From: Oikopleura dioica
Taxonomy: Eukaryota; Animalia; Chordata
Length of the DNA stretch: 64,000 nucleotides
Reading direction: 5' to 3'
NCBI GenBank assembly: GCA_907165135.1
Contig: OU015566.1
Span: 3,906,001 to 3,970,000, forward strand
Shown: in pieces, positions 23,631-34,275 of the stretch
Numbering within the stretch: the stretch's first letter is position 1
Layout: each line of letters opens with the position of its first letter
The notes under the pieces: model-generated
What the model saw: the letters and a program-made list of their open reading frames with translations, nothing else
What the model was told of the DNA's origin: nothing
Databases searched by the model: none
Program-made: the position numbers and the translations under genes

Positions 23631-25127
23631 CTAATGATGCCCAGAATGATCATTTTCATGCATCATTTGCATATGCTCTTCATGGCTCATCGACTGATGC
23701 ATCATCGAATCGTGTTGTATCATTCCCATGTGGTCTCCATGGCTCATTGATCCATGATTTCCTCCATGCATTTGATGCATTCCATGGTCTCCTTCGTCTC
23801 CTCCCATTTTGTGATGTGCATGGCTCATCATTTCCGGAACAGCGGGTCGTTTCCAGTGGCCCATCGAAATGTGCATGTCTGAGAATGACCCCGCGTCGCC
23901 TGGGTATCGAGCTTCTCTCTCGATCAGATATTGAGGAATATCTGCGGCATTGTCAGCGCTAGAATATCGATATTTTCTAGGAAAACTTGGTTTATTCTTA
24001 CTTTTTCCAGCACTCAGGCGACTCGTTCGGGGAGAATGTATAAGGAACTGTATACATCAAATACATATTGCACATCTCATCCTGTCGACCTGGCCCGTCG
24101 AAGACATCGATGCCGTTTTTATTGTCAAATGTGCAGATAGCGCGGACATAGTCCCACTTATAAAGAGTGATGGGACCACCAACTCGTGTAAAGAAACCTT
24201 GGGGCCACTGAGGGTTGCCTTTTCCGATAAGGGTCCAGTCTTTTTTGTGTGGTCGACGGACGAAGGCGCTGACAACTCGTCCGTTATCGTGAGTATGAGC
24301 TCTTTTTTCTGTTATTAGATGAAAAAACAGCTAGCTCTTATAATGACCGTACAGATATTTATACTGATTCTCAAAATTATCAAATAGTATCATGAATTCA
24401 ATGATTCAGGAATATTTAAGCAAAGAACGATTTAACAAGTTTGTGACTTTTGATAATCTAGATTATAGAGTCTAGAATCTAGAATAACACTTTCCTGAAA
24501 GCAAAAACTTCAATCGGATTTCGCCTGAATCTGCAGGCAACATGAACATTTGTCCTCTCCCTTGCTGGTAGATGAAACTCCGGACTGGCAAGGAGATAAA
24601 TGCCGACAGTTTTTTTCGGTGGCTCAGTTGTCAGCTCAAACTCGACTCCCGTCAGATTGTCAGCTCCATGAAATTTATCCTTGTAGTGCGCCTCGATCGC
24701 GATTGACTTGATTCCTGAGACGCCTCCGACGTGAATTCCAGCGTCGGGCGGGAATTCTAGCTGACCGGCTGCCATCGCCCAGGAGAAGATGATCTGTTCG
24801 CCAGAGCATGGGACATTTGGGCTAGCATCGAGAGTTTGATGAGAGAAGTCGTCTTTGCATCCGCGAACGATCATGTGATGGACCTTTTCATCGAATAAGG
24901 GTGTCACGGCTTTATTTGTGGATCAAAAACGGCTCATAGAAGATCTTGATTGAATAGAATTTTGATTTAATCCACTTTCCTGTGATGAAAAAATCTCCTT
25001 CTCCGATTCTCTTGGTCAGGGAAATCTTCGTGTTCAAATACTGATCATCTTTCAATGCCCTAGCATTTTTCATTTGAAATTTTTCTTTCAACGCATTTGC
25101 CCCCAAAATGAGATTGAAAAGTTTCAT
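23631..25127 (-). CDS. PHM: Monofunctional peptidylglycine alpha-hydroxylating monooxygenase (PHM; PAM family) with a His/Met-rich C-terminal tail
   Basis: Copper ligands VHHM, EAHY, AHTH and DEMCNMYLMY are all present; VGGVSGIKSIAIEAHY and LIGKGNPQWPQGF match the PHM core. Signal-like N-terminus. The ORF stops before any PAL domain. Confidence 0.88.
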
Positions 25128-25297
25128 CCTTGAAAAACGTTTTATTCTGCTTTTGATTTTTATTGAACCAAAAAAGAAATAAGGAGAGTTTTATATGACA
25201 GGCGAGAGATGAGTTTTGACAGATTATTTGACAGGAGGAAGAAATTTTGCATTGATGTCACGATCGGTCGTTTTCGAGAGAATTCGAGACCGGGATC

Positions 25298-26759
25298 TTA
25301 TAAGGTGTACCCAGTAGTGCAGGAGGGAGTTGGAGGGCAAGAATTGACATCTGCGACTCCAGCTTTTTTGGGTCAGCAAAGGTTTTTGTCAACAAGGTTT
25401 TTTGTCAACAAGGCTTTTCGACAACAAGGCTTTTTGTCAACAAGGCTTTTTGTCAACAAGGTTTTTTGTCAACAAGGCTTTTTGTCCGCAAGGCTTTTTG
25501 TCGACAAGGCTTTTTGTCAACAAGGTTTTGTCAACAAGGCTTTTTGTCAACAAGGTTTTGTCAACAACGCCTTTTGTCAACAAGGTTTTGTCAACAAGGC
25601 CTTTTGTCAACAAGGTTTTGTCAACAAGCTCTCGAAGCTATTGCTGACCTTTCCTGTAAAAGTGCAAACATCAATCGATCCATCAAGATAAAAAGTCCCG
25701 GTCGTCGAAAAAGAAAACGCATTGAATTCAAAATCAAGAACTCTATTTGTCGAAACCATCGAGCTGCCATCTATTGGCCCAAAATCAAGAATCGTCGTCT
25801 TGCAAAAATCCTTGACGACCTCGTAAGAGTTTCCTGTACGACTAGAATCTTCATAACTGATGAGATTCTCCAGGTAGAACTCGGCGTTGGAGGCTAATGA
25901 CGGGGCGGAAATTCTGGCGTAGATTTTTTGACCGACGAGGGAGGTCGAGATGGCACTGGTTCGGCTTGAGTCTTCGAAGAGTTCTAGCGTTGCGACATTT
26001 GAAATCTAGATTTTTCAATCAAAACGCTTTTTCTGCTTGTTTTACCTGAAGATTCTGAGTTTCTTGATCTCCAATCAAGCTCGGCGCAACTGTCACTCCC
26101 TCAAACCCTTCATCAACTGTTTCACTTCCATCCCTCCAGATCTCACAACTCGCAGTGTATTTGAAAACATCATCGAATCCACTGATACTCGCCCCTGTTA
26201 TTTCCCAAGTGAGCAGGAGTCCATCGTCAATCGCTGCTATTGTTGGGTCGCATTCGGAGATTTCAAAACTTTCAACGAATCTTGTCATCATTGGAGCACT
26301 TGATCCCGTACAAGAGCCGATTTTAATTCGCGCGTCTGATTCTTGATTAGATGGAAGATCGAGGTAAATGTCTTTGACATTTGCAACGACAACCAGCGAA
26401 TTTCCTTGAATATATCAGAGTCAGTAAAGGCTTCCTGTGAAGCTAAAATCGTCATTTTTCTGGGGTTTTGTCAGGAACCGACAATAAAATTTCGACAAAT
26501 TTTGCGTGGGCGGCTACTCGGCTTCTGATTGGCCGGTAAGCCGAATACAGGCTTCTGATTGGTTGAAAATTTCCACGCAAAATTTGTCGAAATTTTTTGC
26601 CGGTTTCTGTCAAAATCCCATTTTTCTTCCTGTACCTGTGCAGACAACCGCGATATTCGTCTGCTTGCATGTCCCTGTACTCGACTCATAAGTCCAGTTC
26701 TCTGGGCATGCGAAACCAAACGCTTCTCTTATCAAGAAAAACAGGACAAAAAGGGGCAT
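25298..26759 (-). CDS. Secreted zona pellucida (ZP)-domain protein
   Basis: Signal peptide MPLFVLFFLIREAFG, then CPENW...C...VVC. ZP-N-like exon (SEC...YTASC) and ZP-C-like exon (VGQKIYARI...FYLENL...VVKDFC...FEFNAFSFS...YLDGSIDVC). Confidence 0.7.
25372..25630. repeat. Intronic minisatellite, ~15-nt unit (TTTTGTCAACAAGGC), forming 30-nt higher-order repeats
   Basis: Visible tandem repeat inside the last intron of the ZP gene. Confidence 0.9.
26474..26607. mobile_element. Palindromic MITE carrying CTGATTGG (CCAAT) motifs
   Basis: TIR GGAACCGACAA..AATTTCGACAAATTTTGCGTGG. Related copies at 46771-46903 and 60798-61148. Confidence 0.8.
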
Positions 26760-27284
26760 TTTCTTCAACTTTCTCTTTTGGATTGAACGCAAATGTGATC
26801 TAAACTGATCGACAAATTTCACGCATTTTGCCCTTTTTCCCTGGAAAATCGATCAGTCGGAACTAAGAAAACAGAAGTTCCAGCGCTCGATGCAATCAGA
26901 TACCAAAATTAAACGGTCTGTGAAGTTTTTCGGGTCGAGTGGACAGTATTTGTGTTCGATGGAACAATTTTATTAAGGAAACAGAGCAGAGATTTCTTCA
27001 CTTTTTGTGGTGGAGGGCGGACCATTCAGCGAGAAGTCCTACTGGAAGTCGCTTTTTTCGGATTTCGGAATTCAAATTTTTCGACATTCGAATTGCGCTA
27101 GAAATGAAAGCGAAAAGAAAAAATTGAAAAATCTTCATTTGAAAATTATTCGACAACTGCGGCTTTTTATCGCATCCTTTTGTTAATAAAAAATGAGCTG
27201 CAGATTAAAAAGTTTGGCTGCCAAAAATCGCGGCGCATTATGTCCTTGACGTTTATTTACAGATACAGTTCTGGATAACGATCT

Positions 27285-30200
27285 TTATACAGGCAGAATA
27301 TTGCCTTGCTCGGCCTTTTCAAAGCTCCTCGACATTAGGCCAACAAAAATGGTCAAAATCATCTTTTGCTTTCCTTCGACCAAGTCCATCGGAGAAGCGT
27401 AAATCTTCGCGCCAATTTTTCGAGAAAGATTGATCGCTAGCTGGGCATTTTGAAGCCGCTCATCTGGTGCCATAAAACCGTCGGAAGCGATGCTTTTGGC
27501 TACCTGAAAATATTTTTTGAAAAAAAAAAGAAAAATCTTTCGCAGCTTCTTACCATGTTGTAATCGACTGATCGAGGAGAGATGACATCGCATAGATCTA
27601 TCACTGCAAATGCCAGATCTTTGTCCTTGAACGAATTCACTCTTGATTCTTTTTGGTGTTTCCCTGAAAAAAACATGAATCAGTTTCAAATCTTTTCATG
27701 AGTTGGAATTTGAAAATTTTAAAAATATAACCCATAAAATCTACTTAAAAATCAGGAACAAAATTTTTTTTCATCACAGATCTTCGACCTTCTTTTAAAA
27801 ATATTTTCAAGTACGTTGTTAGTTACACTTGAATTTTTTAGCACTTTTATACCTATTGAACACTTGCTTACCTAGGGTATCATTGCACCATTGCATAATC
27901 TCATTGTCCCTGATCTCCCCATCCATACTGGACAAAACCTTGGTCATATAACTCCTCATCAGTTGCCAAAGAATCGCTAGGGTTCTGGTCCGATCCATTT
28001 CGTAAATATTCGCGCCGTTAATTCCAACCTTAAAGGTTCAAGTTCGATTTGGAAACGAGAGAAGGTGACATACGAGCGAGTAGTTGAGTTTTTTCGTGCC
28101 AACGTCAACAGCATAGGCGCAATTTTCCATGCATCGCATGTGCCGCTGCCACTTGTCGTAGGATTTATGAACACGAGACCAGTTGACAGCTCCGGGCTTG
28201 ATTTCGTCCTCGATCTTTAATAAGTACAGTCCATCGCGCAAGTCGGAGTACAGACGCGACACTGTTGATGGCATCACTAAATTATAAATGTCAGAAGAAG
28301 ACCAAGAAAGCATTGTACTTTTTGAAAATGGCTGCAATCCAAGTGAGTTCACCCAATTTCGATAAGTTTCTTCTTCTCTAGTTTCCTCTTCGACCAAGTT
28401 TTCCAGCTCTTCCAAGTTCTCCAAATCCAGCTCATCCAGTACCTCTTGCGCGATGTCCGCCTTTGACAGCCCAGAATGCTTGTTGAACAAAGCGGCTAGA
28501 AAGGCGAGATTGAGCTTTTCATTTCCGTTGACGATATCGTCCGGCGTCAAAATCGGATTCATGCCGATTGCTTTTGCCATTTCCAGCATCGACGCAGCTC
28601 GAGCCCGTTTGTCAGCAATTTTGATCACTTTTGCGGCGAGATTTTTTGTCGAATTCGATGGTGAAATTTGCTCCAAAAGGTTTATAAACGCGACGGAGTT
28701 CGACAAATCACTTCCAAAATTGCCAACGAACTCTCCATTTTCTTTTAGCCCCTTGTTTCTCAGAATTTTCGCGGCTTCATCGTCGTTGTCTGCGGAGTTG
28801 TGAAGATGATGGTTGACCCATCGCATGAGAATCTGCTCGGGGTTCATTTCGTCCAAGCTTTTGATATTTTCGCCGGGTCGGAGAAGGGCGGCAATGTCGA
28901 TATTCTTGGCGAGGGAGATTTTCGAGAGAAGACTATGTCGGATAATTTGCCAAAGAAGACCTAAAAACATATATTATATTATAAATCGCTAGGCTAGGCT
29001 AGGCTAGGCAGAGCGAATTTTTAAAAAGCTAGGCGAAAAAAGCTAGGCGAATTTGTTGTCAAAGACTCTAGGCTAGGCTAGGCTAGGCGAATTCGCCTTA
29101 GGCGAATCTAGGCGAAAAAAAGCAAAAACGCGATAAATTTCAATTTTTTTAGGCGATTAGGCGAAAAGCGAAAATTACGCGAAATTTTTGGCTCGGTTCG
29201 CCTAGATTTCGCCTAGATCTGCTTAGATCTGCCTAGATTTTGCCTAGATTCGCTTTCATTTCGCCTTGATTTCATCTAGATTTCGCCTTAATTCGCCTAA
29301 CTTCTTCGCTTAGGCAAAATTCAAGGCGAATTTTCATTTTCGCCTTGTCGCCTAGCTTCGCCTAAGGCACCAGTATGAGTTAAGGCTAAGCTAGGCTAGG
29401 CGAAATTTCAAGAGTCAACGCCTAGCCAGGCAGCTAAGCGAATTCGCCTAGCCTAGCCTAGCCTAGCTTTTTAGGCGAATTCGCCTAGGCGATTTCGAAC
29501 CCTGATTATATTATATTATATACCCAGGACAAGATGCGGCACGCCTGTTTTGATATCATCCGGTCTGATATTCACAACTTTGCAACCAAGTGCCAAGGCG
29601 CTGTTTAGACCAAGGATGATGTTTTCCGCTTTTTGGAAGATATTCATGTTCTCGCTTTTATTCATGACTCGCTCATCAACTGTTCCCGGTTTCGCGCAAT
29701 TGATCGCTTTGCAGAGGATGATGCCATCGGAAACGCATTTGAAGAGCGCTTCCGTTTCGACTTCGAGCGGCAAGTGGCGGCGGCAATCCTGGTCGGAAGA
29801 CAAGTGCTGGTTGATCCAAGTGGAAAAGGCGCGGCGCTCGGCGAGGGAGTAGGCATGCGAGGCGAGATAGCTTTCCGTTTGTTTTTCGGAAATTTCGACT
29901 TCGTGGTTCTTTTTGTTGATGAGGCCTTTTGCTTGTTTGACTGAGCTCTTGAACTGATTGCAAACATCCGACTTTTTCTCCGCCATAAAGATCTCCGCAA
30001 AACTCAGAATCGTCAGACTCTTTCCTTGATCATCTCCCCTTGCTTCCATGATCCGTCTGATTTCGTAGCCGGGGAGTTCTCTCAAACAGCTTTTGAAGAG
30101 CCCGTCGAGGTAGTTTTCAGGAACTTGGCCGGTTTTGTCCGTGTCTTGCTCGGAAAAACCTCCGGCGATTGTGACTCGATCTTCTTCGGAAATTCCCAGG

Positions 30201-30892
30201 GAGACGAGTTCGTCAAACAGTTTTTGGGCGTAGTCGGACATTTTGAAGAGCAAAATCGGATTCCTGAAAACCAAATTTGAGGAGGAAAAAAGCGGCTCCG
30301 ATTTACCTTTCCATTTCATCGACGGAATCCAAAAACTCGCAGCTTGGCGCTCGTTTCATTTTTCCCTCTTCCCTGCTGCTTTTGACTTTTTCAACTGTTC
30401 CGTCCGAAATTGTCCCCAAGTTGAGATGCCCTTTTGGCAGCGTATGGTCTGCCCGTTTGAGCAAGCTACTGTCAATGGAGCCAGTAGAAGCGACTGATTT
30501 CGCCAAAGCAACGAATTCGTCGAGGGAGACTTCGCCATGGAGCTTTGTTTGAAGCGAGATTGAGAGCTCCCGAGCTCGTTTTTTGGGGATTTTGATTTCG
30601 GACTCTTTGATCACATTTACGAGGAGGCATTTGTCAATGGTGCCGAGTTGCTGGGTGTCGAACTGAAGATTTTATAGCGATTTTTAGAGGAAAAATATTT
30701 TTAAGGGTGTCAACATCGATTTTGACAAATTTTTGGAATCGATGTTGATACCCTTAAGAATTTTCATTTCTTTACCTTCGCAAATGAATTGGCAATCTTC
30801 TTGTTTTCGTCATCACTAAAATTCGCGATTTCTCTAAGCTCGTTTTCAATTTTTTGAGCATATTCTTCGATAGAAATGAGATTTTCTTCCAT
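27285..30892 (-). CDS. PLS: Plastin/fimbrin (EF-hand headpiece + 4 CH domains) with an additional N-terminal headpiece repeat
   Basis: AFSTWINQHL...DGIILCKAIN...VDERVMNK...ENIILGLNSALALGCKVVNIRPDD...PHLVLGLLWQII; EQILMRWVNHHL; ETREEETYRNWVNSLG; LAILWQLMRSY; RKIGAKIYASPMDLVEGKQKMILTIFVGLM. Upstream exons (30772-30892, 30303-30667) splice in frame. Confidence 0.92.
28986..29505. repeat. Palindromic MITE-like element built from TAGGCGA/TCGCCTA repeats, flanked by (TTATA)n, in a plastin intron
   Basis: Dense gctaggc/taggcga motifs that invert orientation about the centre. TA-rich microsatellite on both sides. Confidence 0.8.
30705..30753. mobile_element. 49-bp hairpin mini-element, TTAA-GGG...CCC-TTAA
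   Basis: GGGTGTCAACATCGATT...AATCGATGTTGATACCC flanked by TTAA on both sides. The TIR resembles that of 12632-13310. Confidence 0.7.
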
Positions 30893-31482
30893 GATTTCAG
30901 TTTCAATTTTTTTCGGTCAATCGAGTAATTGAGAATAATAATCCGTGAGAAGATGGAAAATGAGCGAGTCAGTTGTGCCTAAAAGGGCACGGACCCAATC
31001 ACTGCGTGAGTCAACCCTCCCTCGAGCACTGTGCTAGTCTGGGCGCATACTACAAGCATGCGCATACGTATCAGCGCAGAATTAGCAAGGTCAAGAGCAA
31101 TTAGGATTAACAAGTTAACAAGATTGCATCATTTTCGCTTTGCTGGCTAGATTCTCCTTCATCTTGTTCGAAAAAAGCCTGAATATAAAAGTTCAGCTCT
31201 AATTACAGCCAATTTGAGGCCCTGTAAGATGTCTGTGTTTGAAGTACCCCCTGCAATTATTTTGGTCAGAGAACATAGACTCCGCAGTTGTCGGCATATT
31301 GAGAAAAACATCGTCCTAGCAACAGATTCATCTCAAATCTTTCGAGGAAGCGTGGTTTATTTAAAGCTTTTAAGAGTATTTTCAAAAGAGAAATGATAAT
31401 TTTTCTTTTAATTTTTGCGAAGCAAGCATGTCTTTGTTCGAATAACAAGGGATCTAAAAGTGGTTGTACGGAAAGAACTGTC

Positions 31483-33420
31483 ATGGATCTCGAAGAACAT
31501 CGAGAAGGTTCTAAAAAAATTTGCTCTTTATGGGTAAAATATCTTTTCTGAACTTAATAAAAGTATCATGGTGGACGATCTACGGGAGCATGCGAATGGC
31601 CTTGAAAGTGAAAACAAGAAGTTAAAGAAGGACATTGAAATTCTCAATCAAAAGACAAAGAACCTCACTGAAAATCTATCAAACATGAAAATTGAGAATG
31701 AAAGACTTTCTAGCGAGGAAAGGCGGTAATTATAAACTCAAATTTCTGCGGTGAACTTTTGATTCAGACTTAATACGAGAAATAAAAACTTGTGGAAAAA
31801 GCTTCAGGGTCAAGCACAAAAAGGCAATTTTGGGCAGTATCTTTGATCTACCGCCAAAAATGTACATATTTTGTACATATTTCAGATTCTGAAATAATCA
31901 GGCTGAAAACTGAGAACGCAAGCTTGATCGCTGCCAATGAAGAACTACTAGTTGCAAGATCAAAAACAGATGAAGCAGAGGCTGCATTGACTGAAATCAA
32001 GGAAGATTTAGATGAATCAAAGAAGGAGAAAACAGAGATTCAAGAAAAGTTGAACACTGAAAGAAAAAAGTACCAATCGTTGTTTCGTTATTTTGAATCG
32101 AGTGATTGCTTTAGGAATTCTGATCTTCAAAGCGAAATCGAACAGTGTAGAAGTAACGACGAAATTTTGAGGGATGAGATCAAGGAGGAGAAGGCGCGAT
32201 GCTCCCGAATTACTCAGGTTTGATAAGAAGATGTATCTTACTTAATCTAAGTTATTCATGAAATTTGGTAGGATTTGAAAAATGATCTCGAGCAAAGAAA
32301 AAACGAAACAGAAATGCTCAAAGAACAATTATCGAATCATGAAAAAAAAAATTCAAGATCTCCAGCTCGAAAGCGAAAACTGCTTTGGACAAGAGTATAA
32401 TTCTTTGATGGTGCTTGCAGGTTATGGAGCTCAAAAGGAGATCAGCTATGTGCTTAAACCGGACGGAAGTGCGATTTCTCGGAAAATCAAGATCCAGGAT
32501 GGTATTCCTCGGAGTATAAATTCAAAGTAAGTCAGTGATATTAAGTAACTCTTTATAAATAAGCTCAGATTTCAACAATAAGTGGCTGTGAAATCATCGA
32601 GCTAGATGCCAAACTTCGATTTGGTTATAGCACGGAATCTTCTGTCGTCACGGTGGCGGATCAACAATCAGGTTAAAATTTATAAATCTCTTTTATAAAA
32701 TTTAACAGGAATTATTTTTTAAGCAATAATTTGTTTTTCAAATGATGAAGCCTGGAAACAATGCGAAGAATTTGACGGAAGAGATGTTTCATTAAAACCG
32801 GCGACGAAGTACCCTCACTGGAATTCATGTTTGGCGCTCTTTCATGACCAACCTGTTGCAGTCGGTTCATACCTTCGGCCTCGCGGCCACAATAAAGTGG
32901 AGAAATTAAATGGCACATCTTGGATAGAATTACCAGATTTTCCAGAGTAAATGGACTTCTTTATTTTTGAATCATGATTTTTAGGCCAATACACTCTCAC
33001 TCCTGCATCGGTGTTTACGACGGATATCTTGTCCTGGGAGGTCGATACGAAAAGGAATATCGAGAAGACTGGTATTATTCCTCGTCACTAGATGTATATT
33101 TGTTTCATTACTCAAATTGGACGGTGGTTGGCCAGCTAAATGAACTTGTGAGATTATATTTTTGTAAAACCACAAGTGATTTTAATTTAGCATCATCACT
33201 CCTCTTCGATACGTTTTGGAAATACAATTTATCTTGTCAGCGGCATTAAAACACCGTATGTTAATCCCAACAATCGAAAAAATTGAGTGAGTTAAGCTTC
33301 GCTGTGGAAAAACTAGAATGGAACGGAGAAGAAATTTCCTCTTCAAAAGTCATCAACGGCCACGAATATTATTTTTATCGACCGATAATTTTTCCTGTCG
33401 ATGAATTTTTCTGTGCATAA
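31483..33420 (+). CDS. Coiled-coil + Kelch-like beta-propeller protein (lineage-expanded family)
   Basis: Coiled-coil exons (LESENKKLKKDIEILNQK...), then LMVLAG, CEEFDG...HWNSCLALFHDQPVAVG...KVEKLNGTSWIELPDFP, HSCIGVYDGYLVLGG, and a family-type end AVEKLEWNG...YRPIIFPVDEFFCA*. Confidence 0.7.
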
Positions 33421-34275
33421 ATTTCGATGAGAAATATTTCATCCAAAAACGTGTCAATCGTCTCAGCGTGTTACCGATAAGGATCTCGCTGTTTGCGTCA
33501 AGTTCACAGGTGGCTTTGTCTCTTCCGCGGGAGAGGTGCTTCTCTAAATTACGCAAATCGGTCGCCAAGATCGCTGCGGATAAGGCAAAAAGAAGGACCA
33601 CCCCGATCGAAATCACGGTCAAGTTCGAAAGAAAAAATGGGTCCTCCGGGATCCAAACAGCTGGATTGTGGGATCAGGCTCCGCCCACGAGTGCCCTCTT
33701 CTGATCGATAAAATGTCCTCGCGAGGATCTCTTTTGTCGAGCAAAACGAGTAGACAAGCTTGTCTCATTATCCCACTCAGCGATTTATTGCTCTATCTTG
33801 AATCAAGTTTGGTCGTCACGAGATTGAGAAAAAAAAATAAGAACAAAAGAAGCCCAAATTTTAAAGTACCCAGAAGATCAACTTTCTTAGAGAAAAAATG
33901 GTCTACACTAGTCATTTTCCAGACAATACAAAAATTCCGGAAGACCATGAAGATCCATCAGAGGTAAAAATTTTTGGCAAAAAAAATTGCATTATTGAGA
34001 TTTTTTGACTTTGGCCGAAGGTCAAGAAAAAAAAGATGTTCGTGAAATAAGATCCACGCGTTTTGTATTTCAAAAAAGGACAAATACCCAAAACTCTATT
34101 TGCTCGAAAAAGAGCGTCCTTCGAAAAGTCTACTTCGAAGAGAGGGAGGTTACATGATATTTGTTTTTTCAAAGATTCAATATTATCGCGGTCGATGACC
34201 AATCTTTTGAACAAATCAAGGGCTAATTACTTTTAATTTTTTAATCAAGAGAACAAAAAAATACTGAAAACGCTA

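Noticed and set aside
25209-25897. Repetitive ORFs (QQGFVNKAFC...) as repeat proteins
   Set aside because: They arise from the intronic minisatellite and are antisense to the ZP gene.
33353-33900. Minus-strand membrane or secreted protein gene
   Set aside because: A hydrophobic exon (33480-33660) is plausible, but I could not build a consistent model, and the ORF end overlaps the last exon of the plus-strand Kelch-like gene.
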